A DNA stretch of 63,223 nt, filler included, from Neoconidiobolus thromboides FSU 785 (lineage: Eukaryota > Fungi > Entomophthoromycota): assembly GCA_025603075.1 (NCBI GenBank). It is 5 parts of 5 records of this genome, joined end to end, with 100 filler letters (N's around TTAATTAATTAA, not from the genome) between each part and the next. Parts side by side here need not be neighbours in the genome. Positions count along the whole stretch, not along the records: positions 1 to 22,420 come from MU626533.1; positions 22,521 to 31,017 come from MU626682.1; 3 more parts are not named here. The stretch is one strand, 5' to 3'. A program made the translations under genes and the position numbers. This document shows, piece after piece, positions 12,758 to 25,734 of the stretch; the first letter of the stretch is position 1, and each line of letters begins with the position of its first letter. The notes under the pieces are model-generated. The model saw nothing but the letters and a program-made list of their open reading frames with translations. It was not told where the DNA came from and made no database searches.

Positions 12758-13006
12758 CTTTTTACTAAGTGAGTAAAATTTTATATAAAAGTCATGACAA
12801 TGAAATCGATTTTTTAAAGCTCATCTTAAAGCCTCTCATAATTAATTAAATCTGATTTTAGTCAATAATTTGTAAACATATATCTATACAGTACCACTCA
12901 TTAGTGATTTGTGGTTGATTTATAAACATTGTTTTATGTTTAAAAAATAGCTATTATATTTAGTTTATCTAGGTTATCTCTTGAATCTAAAAGATAAATA
13001 AAGCTT
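12758..13006 (+). repeat. 249-bp direct repeat, copy 2
   Basis: Identical by eye to 10296-10544. Confidence 0.95.
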
Positions 13007-13258
13007 CATTATAAATATGGAGTGACATATCATAATAATCTGTTTGATACTAATTCCTATCTGACCAATAAATAGTCAATATAGAGTAACAATGATTTAT
13101 TATTCTTCAAAATAATTTAAAAAGTTCCAACTTTCAAATGAAATTATTCGGAAACCTTTTTATAGCTAAAAAATGACCTAGTTCCTTTGTGGAAAATAAT
13201 ATAAAAACAATACAAAAACCTAACCATTTTTCTAAATATTCCTTTTTTACACCAAATT

Positions 13259-15031
13259 ATGATTAACGAAGAATTCGACTTAAAGATTAAAGAAGGCTTT
13301 TTTACCACATTGATTAATTGTAATTCTAAAGTATTGGCTAAAATTTCCATTTCTAATGAATGCATTGTATTGATCCCAAGTAAAATTTAAATAATTTCAA
13401 GTTTGCATTAATTAAGGTTTAGATCAAGAAGAAGAAGAAAACTTCAGCAAAAGTATTGGAAAATACATTGGAAAAAGTTTACAATTTGACGGAAGTCATG
13501 CAACAATCAATACGAAAACTTTATTTGCTGCAAGATTGACCAAAAAGAATCTTAATACTGAAAGTATATTATTAGAAAATGCTCCTAGTTTCTTACTCGA
13601 TGAATCGACAGTTATACAAGATGAAGAAAGTCTAGTGTATTTTACTTTATTTGGACTTGATTTTATTAGCAAATCTGGAAGTGGACAATTATGTGACAAA
13701 AAGCATCTTCCAAAGCTAAGAGCATTTACTTTTGAAGTATCAAATAAATTAGCAACATCCTTAATCGATTATTTTAATATTTATTTTCAAACGAATCAAG
13801 GTAATCAACTTTTTATCCTTAATTTATATAAGTATATCAAAAACTATTAGATCCGGGTAAAACAACGGAAAGTTACGTTAAGAAGAAATATTTGGCAATT
13901 ACAAATCCAGTCGGTGGTACTAAAGATGCACATAAAAAATTTCATAGTATTACTGCCCCTATGCTTAAATTAGCTGGTATCGAGGTGGATTACTTTGAAA
14001 CTACTTATTTATACCATGGTGAAAAGATAGTTAAAACTTCGGAAAACATTCAGCAATATCATGCAATAATAACCAATGGTGGGGATGGGATGATTTATGA
14101 AGGATTGGTAAATACATATCTATATTAGACAAATGCCTTATTTATAATTAGAATGGATTTTTAGGACGTGAAGATTATCAGCAATTTAAATCGATTCCAT
14201 TAGCAATTTTGCCTGGAGGTACCATTTAATCAGAATTATTAAAATCGATTTAATTAAAGAATAGGTACCGGGAATGGATTAGCAACTTCATTAGGGATTG
14301 TGAGCTTTGAAGCAGCTTCATTTACATTAATAAGGAACACAGTAAATAGATTTGATATATTAGCAGTTTATTCATCTCCAACATTAACCACACCAAGGTA
14401 TGGGATACTTGATTTTGCTTGTGGATTTTTAAATGATATAGATGATACTACCGATAAAATGAGATTTATGGGTCCCCTTAGGGTTGACTTATCGGCAGCT
14501 TATCTCTTCGCTCGAAACAAAAAATATCCTTTTAAAGTTTATTATAAACCGGTAAATAAAACAGCTTCAGAGCAAGTTGATAATGTAAGTGAAACAAATT
14601 CGCCACCAGAAAATTTATTAGCAAAAGATGGTGGAGAGTTGGGAGAAGGATGGGTTGAAGCTGATTTAAAAGTCTTCTTTTTAGCAGTTACTAATGTACC
14701 ATATGTTAGTCATAACCTTAAAATAGCAGAAAGATCAAAATATAATTCGAATGATATGTCTTTAGTTTATGATAAAGATCCTAAACTTGGAACAGTTAAA
14801 ATATCAGGAGCTTTTCTTAAAGAAGATGAAAATCCAGGAAAGGGTCATGTTACTTCCCTATTGACTGAAAAAAACATAACCAATTTCATTATAACTTCTT
14901 CAGATCCTAAAAAACCAGATAGCCTTTTACCATTTTGTCGCATTGATGGTGAGAAATTTGTTCGTTCTAAAGCTTTTCAAGTCACTGTTTTGCCAAGCCA
15001 TATCAATTTTTTAATCCCTATGAGGCTTTAA
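13259..15031 (+). CDS. Sphingoid long-chain base (sphingosine) kinase, DAGKc family, multi-exon
   Basis: Spliced model from ATG 13259 (first intron 13380-13422); motifs NPVGG, GGDG, PGGTGNG (across an intron), RFMGPLR, IDGE. Confidence 0.88.
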
Positions 15032-15186
15032 TTGATTTATTCTGCTTCATTAGCTTGTCTCTAACGATTAAAATAAATAATTATTAAGCTAAATATATTG
15101 ATACTGTTGTATCTTTCATTATAATAAATTTCCAACAAAATGTCTAATACTAAGGCTGTTTTTAATTTTACAATTTAATTTAAAAA

Positions 15187-16021
15187 TTAGATAATATATA
15201 CTATAATTAATGTGGATAGAATGTAAGAGAAGATATGGTAATTAAAGATTTTAGCTCCATGAGTAGCACTACTCAAGCAGGTAAGACATAGGTTAGCTAT
15301 ATTAAATAAAGTTAATAACTTAAAATGATAAACAAAGCAAAAAAACTTACATCCTCCATTCCCAGCTTTATACAGACGAAATTGCCTTGTAAAAGGATTC
15401 AATGCACCTGCAGGTGCACCAACTAAATAAGAACGAGCAGTATCGTAAACATACAGCTTATAGTTGTCCGATTCTATCAAAGGGGGATTTGTAGGGTCGG
15501 AAGTAAAGTTAGCCATATCCCAACTATATTCTGTAGTATCTCCAGGTAACTCTAAGCCTATATTATAAGTGATAACATTACCAGTTTCTTGACGTATAGC
15601 AATAATAGAAATGTTATTGGGTTTGATTTTTAAATTATCATCAAATTTCCATTTCATTTTAGCAACACTTCCTATGGCCCATCCAGCAACAAAGTTTTGG
15701 GCCACTGGTGGATCTAAAAAGGTGATCATGCCTCTAGCAGCATTAGGCGCGATCCTTGCTGATGATGAAGACTTCGAAGAGGAAGAGGACTTGGAAGGAC
15801 TTCCAGAGCTTTGTTCGTTTGAAGTACTTTTGCTAGGACTTGAACTTTCAGTGGCTGAAGCATTTGAAGATGAGGAGCTTGAGTTTGAAGAGTCTGACTT
15901 TTGACCATCTATAAAACAGTTAGATCAAGTAATGGTGATGTATGAAAGAATTACTTGTAACAACAAAGAAAATAGTAAGAATAAATAAAGTTAATAGTTT
16001 TGTATTGAAAATGTTATACAT
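15187..16021 (-). CDS. Secreted Ser-rich protein with a conserved beta-rich fungal domain and hydrophobic C-terminus (GPI/TM-like)
   Basis: Signal-peptide exon from ATG 16021; Ser-rich linker; domain ITFLDP..KWK..YSWD..NYKLYVYD..GALNPF; two introns. Confidence 0.8.
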
Positions 16022-17005
16022 GATTAGATAATAAAGATAAAAAACAATTTCTAGATTTAAAGCTTTTAAATCTTTTGATATTATGTTGTGGGTGGTTTGT
16101 TTTTGAGATTTTGTAAACTATAACGGTAAGTGTTTTAAAATTTCCGTCAGCATTATATTTTTTATCCAAAGTCATGGCTTAAACTTACCATTTGTTTGGC
16201 TAAGGTTCTTTAAGCTGCTTAAAATTTCATTTGAAATTTACTTTATTAAGTAATTTGACATCAATTGAAATTTTATTATTTTATTAGTTTGGTCATTTAA
16301 GGCTTTATAACATTATTTAAAAACTTCAAAAAGCACATTGAAATCCATATTAAAATCAATTTAATATAAGCAAGTTTAATATAACTTCGCAATCAAAGTT
16401 TTGAGTTTTTATGAATAATAAGAAATTGTTACTATTATTTTTATTTTTATTTTTAAATTAATTTTATTATTATTTCGACATGTTAATTTGATAATAGTTT
16501 TTACATTTTATAAATAGCTCTATAAGCTCTTTGACAAGCTTGGCACAGAGTAAGAAATGCCATAACTTCAGCTAAAATTAGTTTTTAATGTTTAATATTA
16601 TTATAATCTTCTATAAATAACTAAAATATAGTTAAAGCTAATGATATAGATAAAAGATTCAACATAATAAAGTACCGAAATGGCTTACATTGTATCGCTT
16701 TTGTGAGTGTATGTTCACTTTAAATTACAGATTAAAGCTCATATTGTTTTAAATTAACTAATCTTATTTTGCTAAATTATTCCACAAAGCTAAAGGTAAA
16801 ATTATAAGGAGCTTTATCCAATTAATAAAAATATTATTAGTTGTTAACTCGAATTTAGTAAAATGAATGTCTATGAACATAGTTTGAAAGCCACTCTATA
16901 ATTAAGGGAGATTTACAGCATTTTCAACCTATTATGATTATTTTGAAAATCAGACAAAATGTTTTGAATTTTTTAAATAATTAACAACGAAAGTGAATAA
17001 AATAT

Positions 17006-17101
17006 GGTAATGTGTTTTTGTATTTAAGAACTTTATTAATCTTTCCACTTAAATAGTGCTTAAAAGGTGGAAAAAGTAATGAAATCAAAAAAAACATCCC
17101 C
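17006..17101 (-). mobile_element. MITE-1 copy (B)
   Basis: GGTAATGTG...ACATCCCC; TSD ATAT/ATAT. Confidence 0.88.
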
Positions 17102-17827
17102 ATATAATATATTATGGTGAGAGCTATTAGGTTTAACAATTAAGAGATTTATTTCCATCATAATATTTTTATTTTATTCAGTTTTGTTGCATTTATAAGA
17201 AAACTCAGAATCTGTTTAAATTTTTTTGAGATAGCTGTCATGGGTTGAAAATATTAGATAAAATGCCATTAAATTAGGATTTAACGCAATAATTTACAAA
17301 GCGATATTAATTAGACGAATTTTCAAAACTAAACAGTATACAAACAATTTTAACATTATCTAACCAAAGGATAAAAATATACTAAACCCAAGTATCAAAT
17401 TGTATAGTACAGTTTTAGTAAATAATAAAAATTGAAAATCAATCTCAAAAAATCGATCTGCTCGAAAAGGATCAATTGACCAATCAAAGCTTTGGATCTG
17501 TGGTTTCAATCCAATTTTTGCAATAAAATGGGATGTAAAATTTTTTCCAAGCTTGTAGCAAATAAGGATTGAAGAAAAATTTTGATTTTATTGATAGGCC
17601 CCTGTCGCCCTATTTCCTTCTCTTTTCTCTGACTACCAGAAAATACGCCAAGGTAAACTAAAAATACAATATAATTAGTAATAGATGGCGATATAGTAAT
17701 TGAACAAAAAAAAAAGTGATACAAAGAATAAATTGGAAACAAAAAATTAGTTGAAGCTCAGCAAATGGAATACCAAATGAAGAAATTAAAAAGAAATTGG
17801 AATAAAATATTTAAATGTGATATTTAG

Positions 17828-18361
17828 ATGACTAGCGGTATTACTTTAAAGGACGTCAACCATAATGAATTCATCAAAGCCTATTCTTCTCACTTGAAGC
17901 GTTCCGGCAAAATCGAAGTCCCAACCTGGGTTGACCTTGTCAAAACCGGTACCCACAAACAACTTGCTCCATATGACCCAGACTGGTATTTCGTTCGTTG
18001 TGGTAAGTAGTAAATTGTCAATTTTATTTCGTAAGCCTAATGATTGTTTTAGCTGCCACTGCCCGTCACATCTACCTCCGTCGTGGTGTCGGTGTAGGTG
18101 CTCTTAAAATGAGAACCGGTGGACCAAAGAACCGCGGTAACCGTCCTTCAAGACGCCAAGAAGGTTCCGGTTCCGTTGCCCGTAAAATTCTCCAATCATT
18201 AGAAAAACTCGGTATCCTCGAAAAAGAGGAGCGCGGGTAAGATTAATTTTAGCTAGTAGTTTAAATGTCTAACATTATTCAGTGGTCGTAAAATCACCGA
18301 AGCCGGACGTCGTGAATTAGATCGTATTGCTGTTCAAGTTGTTCGTGCTAAAGACGAATAA
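17828..18361 (+). CDS. RPS19: 40S ribosomal protein S19 (eS19); exons 17828-18002, 18053-18236, 18283-18361
   Basis: [35 protein letters not shown]; ARHIYLR; GGRKIT..G.RELDRIA; canonical introns. Confidence 0.98.
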
Positions 18362-20730
18362 GCCAATAAAATTTAACCTAACTTAGATGCTGTTGTGATA
18401 AGTTATTTAACTAAAAATATTATTTTTATTAGGTATATTATATTTTGTTGAGTTTGTTTAAATTTTATTTTAGTGAGGTTTGTATGTTTAATTATTGATA
18501 GATACGCTACAAAGCCATAAACGATTGAAGTTTAGATCTATGTAATAATAAAACGGAGAGGCTTTAGGATATCACTTATGCTTGTAGTTTAGGGTAATTA
18601 GTTTTGTAACGAAAAGTGTTTACTACACAATACTGAAAGTCATTATACGCATAGTTTTTTATTAGTTAATAATTATATATAGCTTTACCGTATTAACTCT
18701 TACTATTGATTAAGTAAATATTACTTGCTATATGATAAATAGATTTACCTCCTATGAACAGGACATAAAACCTTTTAAATAAATGGTTTTAACATATTGA
18801 GATTAATATTTTTTGGATTTAGTAGTTATGTTTTATGTTCTTTTTACTTTATACTTTAGAATATTAACTACTTAGATTATTTACCAGCATGAATATATAC
18901 TGTTTAGTGATTTATTAAGTTTATTAAATGAAATTAATGTGAATGGAAATATTAAAAATAAAATTTAAGCTCTCGTGAACAAATAAGGGAGTGCATTGTA
19001 ATAAAATAATCTTATAGATATAACTATACAGGGCATATAAAATTCAACTACTTTTTTACCTTAATTATACAAAGCTAAGGCTATCAAATCTAAATATTAA
19101 ATATAGGTAGTGATATTAACTGAAACAGCTATTTTAGACTTGTATGATGTATCATTTCAAACCGAATCCATTAAAAAGAAGCTAATTTATAAAACTATCC
19201 CTGTTTAAATCTAAAAAAACCTTTGTTATCATATAAAATGTTAAATTTAAATAATATTATAGTGAAAAAATTTTAATGCTGAAAAACTAAATAAGAAAGA
19301 TAGAATTGTTTCATTATATAAAAGCTAATTTTGTTTAATTTTGTTTAGTTTATCCACTTTTTAAGCAATATGAAATCAAAACTCTTAATAGCAATCCTTA
19401 AATCAAAAAATACCACATTGATGCATCCCCTATTCTGAAAGCTTTAAAGAAAAATGATGTTTATTAACAGTCAGATTATCGAGCTATATAGCTTTAGTTA
19501 ACAACTTGGAGATTTTTGATGAATTCTTAATGACTAAAGGGGTGTTTTAAAGCTGCTATTGTTATTAAGAATAAGACTTTTTATAAGGTGTTTTTGCCTT
19601 TTTAGATTGGTACTTTATTAAACTGGGATATTTTAGTTTGCTCAATTAGAGTTGATTATCTTTATGTATACATTCAATGTATACTGGCGATCAAATATGA
19701 TTAAAGATGTGTAGCAAAGTTGTTGTACGAATTAAGTAGCTAAGGGTTTAATTTTGTCAAGTTAATATTACACTTTTTTAAGTTTTATTTTAAAGTTTAA
19801 TAATAATCTTTTATACATAGCCTATTGTAAATAAAATACTGTATAGCTTAATATACTATCACAATTAACATTTCAAATAAATCACACAGGCATAATCTAA
19901 ACTACTTTTTCCTATTTAGATATCTACTTTATAGAACTATAAACCTAAAAAATAAAAGCTAACAATTAAAATCATTCAATTTATTTGTAGCATAATATTG
20001 AGTTAAAAATGAGTTTGGTATTGGAATTTAAAGTAGATGATACCATTTTGATTATTATCAATGGTGATTGGCTCTTCATAAATTCTTCAACGTGGACTAT
20101 CCGGCATGTCCTCTCTACCTAAAGCCTTACACCTTCTCGTAAAAGTGCCCCAGCTCACCCCCTCTCTAATGACCTTCTTATCTCCCCAATTATTGACCAT
20201 GCATCGTGATTTAATAGCAAGAACAAAAGAATCTGAAAGAGAATGGATCTGTTTGCTTTGTTTGTTTTCTATTAAGTTAAAGTCATCTTGTTCTGCTAAT
20301 TTAGCTATCGGATCCTAAGCGATAATTATAAAAAATAAAATATTTTTTTTAGTTAAATTTACCTTTAATTGATGGAATAGCGTAACAATTAACATCTACA
20401 AGGGGTAAGATTGATGACTATAGCTTATTTCAGTAGGATACTCTTATTAAAGTAAGTTAGGTTCAAATGATGATACTTTGTGTAGCTTATCAGTTTTATC
20501 AGTTTTATTAGTTTTATGAGTTTAAGTTTTATTATAGTTTAGTTATTTGTACATATTTTCCTATTTTTTTTAGTTTGATTTATTGTTTACTAGATTTATT
20601 TCTAGATTTATAACCTTTTACTACCTTTGGTTTGCTGTTGCTTTTTATTTGTATATTAACTACTATTACTTTTTGTTGGCTATTAGTTGAGCACTCAGTT
20701 TATTTGATTGTTAATTATTATTTAATATAT

Positions 20731-20823
20731 GGGAATATATTTTTGTGTCTAGGAGTTTTACTAACAGTTTTTCCGCTCAAATAGTGCTTAAAAGATCGAA
20801 AAAAATAATGAAAAAATACCCCA
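20731..20823 (-). mobile_element. MITE-1 copy (B)
   Basis: GGGAATATA...ATACCCCA; TSD ATAT/ATAT. Confidence 0.87.
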
Positions 20824-21024
20824 ATATTTAAATTTTAATAACCAAATTGACCTTAAAGATTGAAGATGATAAGTAAAATTTAAATAGTTGAGATTTTGAA
20901 TAGTTTTTTGAATAGCGGTTTGACACTGTTGATAAAATAGTTCTTGTATTTCATAATAAAATACCTTTTGAAAGTACATTTATTATGTAATAGCTTATCT
21001 GAGTCCACTATCTTTTATATAAAC

Positions 21025-21113
21025 GGGGATGTATTTTTTGTTTGAGGGTTTTACTACCTTTCCGCTCGGATAGCGCTCAGAAATGGAAAGTGATGAAACC
21101 AAAAAACATCTGC
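21025..21113 (-). mobile_element. MITE-1 copy (B)
   Basis: GGGGATGTA...ACATCTGC; TSD AAAC/AAAC. Confidence 0.87.
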
Positions 21114-21766
21114 AAACAATAAGCCTTTTAGGAATACACCATATATTATAAGTAAATCTATGAGATGTATATTCGATTTAAATGTATAGATAATAACAAT
21201 AGATAATTTAAGTCTACAAAGTGGATTTATCAAATCTCAAAATAGATTTAACTGATGAAAATAGAGCCTAATAAATTAAAATATCGAATTATTTATAATT
21301 ATTAATAAAGCTGGTAAAAAGAGAATGTATAAGCTGATAAATATAGACGCACCTTTAAAAGACCATCAAAAATTGACAGACATTAAATTGAGCTCAACTT
21401 TTTATGGCTATAGTAAGGAATTGAAATAATTGCCATAAAAGATGCATTATCCATTGATACTAATATAAACATCAACTGGCAGAAAATCATTAATACAATA
21501 ATGCTAATGATAGTAACATTGACTATACAAAAGCCCTTCCATAAATCATTATAATATTAAATTTTAGAATTAGGTAACTAATATCTTAGAAGCATAAAAG
21601 GAATAAAAAAAGTTGGATTAAATGCAATCGATTAATAGTGAAGAGAAAATGAAGCAAATGGGGATATCTGAACTGATTTCATTTTTTTAATCCAATTTTT
21701 AAATTATAAATAGGGTAACCCAATAAAACGAGATAGTATTAAAATAAAACCCAGCTTTTTAAATGT

Positions 21767-21864
21767 GGGGATATATTTTTTTGTTTAACAATTCTACTAA
21801 TAATCTTTCCACTCAAATAGCGCTTAAAAAACGGAGAAGTAATGAAATCAAAAAAAACATCCCC
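21767..21864 (-). mobile_element. MITE-1 copy (B)
   Basis: GGGGATATA...ACATCCCC; TSD ATGT/ATAT. Confidence 0.9.
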
Positions 21865-22103
21865 ATATACTGTTTTATGTCAAGAACTTTGCTTGTAATT
21901 CTATAAAAATAAACTCTTTATCAAAAAGCAAAAGTACTTAATAGTTTTAAAAAGTCATAATAAAAAAAGTATACTAAAATATGTTATAGACTGAATTTTT
22001 TTTATTAAGTTTAAAATTGCCAGATTGGTAAAAATTTTACCAATATAGTTTATGTATTAATACTAACTAAAATTAATATATATATATAAATACATAAGAA
22101 TGT

Positions 22104-22200
22104 AGGGGTGTTTTTTTTGGTTTCATAACTTTTTTCATCTTTTAAGCACTATTTGAGCGGAAAAATTGTTAGCAAAATTCTTAAACATAAATACATCCCT
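22104..22200 (+). mobile_element. MITE-1 copy (A)
   Basis: AGGGGTGTTTT...ACATCCCT; TSD not matched. Confidence 0.87.
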
Positions 22201-22420
22201 GTGAAATATCGCTTTGTCAGTCCCATGGTTAATTATTTTGATTTGTTATGAGAATTTCTAGCTCCACCCAAAAGAATATTATCCTCCCATTTTGATACTT
22301 ATACTTTTCAGAGTATAAAAGAGTTTACAGAGTATAATAGTTCGAGGCTTTTTAACTGAATTATTCCCTGATATTTCGAACATTCAATAAAGCCACTAAG
22401 TTTTCTTAATAGTATTTTAC

Positions 22421-22520
22421 NNNNNNNNNNNNNNNNNNNNNNNNNNNNNNNNNNNNNNNNNNNNTTAATTAATTAANNNNNNNNNNNNNNNNNNNNNNNN
22501 NNNNNNNNNNNNNNNNNNNN
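22421..22520. other. Artificial contig-joining spacer (44N-TTAATTAATTAA-44N)
   Basis: Exactly 100 bp with a central six-frame stop linker; same structure at four sites. Confidence 0.97.
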
Positions 22521-22778
22521 GTTCATACTCTTAAAAAGGGTGATATTATAGGATGTTTCTATGATTTAGTGTCAAATGAAGTAACATTTACTTACAATGG
22601 CAATGATCTGTGTTATTACCAATTCCAAGCTAATACAATGTACCCTACAATATGTAGTACTAAAGGTACCCTAATTAAGTATAATGTTGGAAATCAACCA
22701 TTCCTTTATCGACGAGCTAATCAACTTAAACTTGGTTTGACAAGTAACTATGTCCAAGATATCCCACCTAGTTATTAG
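22521..22778 (+). CDS. 3' fragment of a SPRY-domain protein (5' part lost at contig edge)
   Basis: Open frame from contig start: KKGDIIGCFYDLVSNEVTFTYNG..MYPTI..YNVGNQPFLY, the C-terminal SPRY signature. Confidence 0.75.
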   Translation, partial: VHTLKKGDIIGCFYDLVSNEVTFTYNGNDLCYYQFQANTMYPTICSTKGTLIKYNVGNQPFLYRRANQLKLGLTSNYVQDIPPSY

Positions 22779-23411
22779 TTTAAGCTACCGGATGATCCCT
22801 ATAATTCACTAAATGTTGGTTATCATAATTTGGTTACTTAATATTTAGATAGATAAAGTCTAATGTAATTAAGAGTATATATTTATATTTACTTTGGTTT
22901 AAAATTTTAAAATCTATAAACAAATGACTTTATCAATATCATTATTTTGTGCATTTTTATGTAGCATAAGACTTCAAAATTTTATTAATAAAATAATAAA
23001 CTGAGTACACTCTTATTAACTAAAACAGAAATATAGAACATTTGAGTTAATGGGCCTTACAAACCAAATCATTCATGAGGGAGCCTTACTGAAATTGTAG
23101 GAGTAGTTTCCATATTTTTCTTCTTCAATTGATGAGAAACTCGAAATACAAATCATTCAAGTTCTAGTTTCTAAGTTCTATAAGATTTCTAATTGAATAA
23201 GAAGAATGATGAGATTGAAAAAGGAAAATAAAGTTGACAATGAGTTGAGCTGGAGAGAGATCAAGCTTTTTTTTATAAAGCTTAAAACAAACTTACATCA
23301 AAGCAAAGAAATAGAAGCATCTAAATTTTGAGTATAAATGAGGATTATTTCTTTTGTTTTTAGCATAATTTTTGATAATTGTTTGTGGTTAGAATTCATA
23401 AAAAATAACAT

Positions 23412-23507
23412 GGGGATGTATTGTGTTTAAGAATCTTACTAACAATTTTTCCGCTCAAATAGCGCTTAAAAGATAGAAAAAGTAATGAAACCAAAAGAAA
23501 CATCCCC
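23412..23507 (-). mobile_element. MITE-1 copy (B)
   Basis: GGGGATGTA...ACATCCCC; TSD ACAT/ATAT. Confidence 0.9.
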
Positions 23508-23769
23508 ATATGAAAACAATTAAATAATCATTAGAAACTCCTCAAAAAATAGAATAAACAAGTAAGAATAGTTTATTATTATGAATTTTTAATAAATTTA
23601 GAATGTCAAATTGATGTTTAGCTTCGAACTTCGGTATTGAAAGTTCCATTGTAGTTATCCCAAGCTAGATTCACTTCAAAGATGCCGTCGTGATCTATTT
23701 AGAGTCAGTGCATTATTTTGTTGGAAACAACAAAAGCTACTTAATTTGTGAGACTCTAATTCATCAATC

Positions 23770-24580
23770 TCTTACTTTTTTATGATTATACGATATGACG
23801 CTTTGATCACGCGGTGAATAGTTGAATAATAAAAGAAATCTATAAAACTAAAGGTTCCTAACAATCCACCTGCGATATGTAATATAATCAATGATTCGAG
23901 GGAATCAATAGTAGCAAGATCATGAACAGCTTGATAGATTACTAATTCGATATGAGAAGCAGTCATAATGATAGGATACAGTATGTTAATGGTTCATGCT
24001 ATTGCAATAATATATTGATGTAAAATAGCTTACATTCTTGAAGTAAATAGGTTAATGTTTTTAATGCCATTAGCTTATTGACTAGGATACATAATTGTTC
24101 TTCTCTCTTTTGTTATATTTAGACTCCAAAATAGCTTGATGATAACAATAACTACAACAATCATAAATATGCGATAAAAATTGATAGAACTGAGGGAAGT
24201 GTAAAAAAATGAAACATCTTAGCATAATTTTCGTTTTTACCTGTAATAAAACACTCGGGATAACTACTGTATGCAATTATCCCAATTGCTAAATGAAATT
24301 ATATTGTTTATTAAATAATATATCAAATATTATCATACCAAATGGCGATATTGTGATCAATAGTAAAAGTAAAGATGTTGAAGTTTAATAATCTAATTCC
24401 CTTTTTTTAGCTCTATTGATACTATCCATAAGTACCAATTGTAAATTTTAATAGTAGCATCAAGGAAGCTATGATATAAGGGATAGAATAATAACTGGAA
24501 GCCAATAAAGGTGCATAGTGAAGACCCTTAATGGTCATACGAACAACTCTATAATGGTAAGAAACGTAACCAAATATATT
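23770..24580 (-). pseudogene. Decayed 7TM receptor paralog
   Basis: WLRFLPL*SCSYDH*GSSLCTFIGFQ vs intact WLHSLPLWNRPYNYEGSPLCTFIAYQ; IVVVIVIIKLFWSLNIT; GGLLGTFSFIDFFYYSTIHRVIKASYRIIIKK; stops and frameshifts. Confidence 0.8.
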
Positions 24581-24758
24581 ATATTATAGTAACAGTTTAT
24601 AAGAGTAGGATTAATCCATTTACTGTTTTTTGATTATAATAATACACTAATGAACAGAAAGTCTTTAAAACTTACTTAACGAAATCATAGTAAGTATAGT
24701 TATGATAGTTAATAATAGTGATACTTTTGGGATCATTGGGTAAATAATTTAGCTGTAT

Positions 24759-24855
24759 GAGTATACATTTTTTGTCTAAGAGTTTTATGATAGCCTTTAC
24801 ACTCAAATAGTGCTCAGAAAATAGTAAAAGTAATGAAACCAAAAAAAACACCCAC
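24759..24855 (-). mobile_element. MITE-1 copy (B), diverged
   Basis: GAGTATACA...ACACCCAC; TSD GTAT/GTAT. Confidence 0.8.
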
Positions 24856-25287
24856 GTATATTTCATGTGTTTAGTAGTGCTTATCTTGACTAATAAAATT
24901 AACTTAATTTTAAATCTAATTTTAAATCAAATTTTAAGTATATAAATAATGCTTAGAAATAAAAAACTTACATTGATCTTATTAAAATCATGAAAGCTAG
25001 AATATTAAATGGTTAGCTTATATAAGGAGATATGCATAACAATTTAGCTACTTCTAGTTTTAACTAGATTTTTTGGCGATAGTATAGTTATTAATTTTAA
25101 TAACATCGAAATTTTTAATGAAAATGTATAAAAATTTAAGAGAATTAATGTCATATAATAAGCTACATTGTCTTATTTAAATAAGATATATAAATGAATG
25201 AATATTACTATTACTTAATTTAAAGTAATTGAAAATTATTATTAATCAAAATAATCATAATTTACTAATGAAATTAATAAAGTATAT

Positions 25288-25384
25288 GGGAGTGTTTTTT
25301 TTGACTTCATTATTTTTTCCATCTTTAAGTGCTGTTTAAGCAGAAAATTTGTTAGTAAAATTCTTAAACACAAAAATACATCCC
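25288..25384 (+). mobile_element. MITE-1 copy (A)
   Basis: GGGAGTGTT...ACATCCC; TSD ATAT/ATAT. Confidence 0.92.
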
Positions 25385-25521
25385 ATATAATAATGATTTA
25401 TACCTTGCTTTATAAATTCTATAATTTGAAGTATTACAAAAAAACCAAATTTATAACATACATCTTTTAGCAAAATTAAGCTTAATAAATTATCTTAATT
25501 AAAAGTATAAAGTTAATATAT

Positions 25522-25614
25522 GGAGATGTATTTTTGTGTTTAAGAATTTTACTAACAAATTTTCTGCTTAAACAGCACTTAAAGATGGAAAAAATAATGA
25601 AAAAGAATACTCCC
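25522..25614 (-). mobile_element. MITE-1 copy (B), sister of the 25288 copy
   Basis: GGAGATGTA...ATACTCCC; TSD ATAT/ATAT. Confidence 0.92.
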
Positions 25615-25734
25615 ATATCAAAAAGGCTTTAATGATAACCTTGATTAATATATTAATTTAAATCTAAAGTTTAATAACAAAAAATTAATAAAATATTTTA
25701 TATATTCTATTTTTTATTTTAGTAATAAATTAAA

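Noticed and set aside
20066-20318. Relatively GC-rich patch with a 70-aa ORF
   Set aside because: No recognisable domain or repeat partner; likely a relic
22465-22476. TTAATTAATTAA motif recurring four times inside N runs (also 31062, 59667, 61004)
   Set aside because: Artificial six-frame stop linker used to concatenate contigs; ORFs running into it and cross-gap gene neighbourhoods are not real
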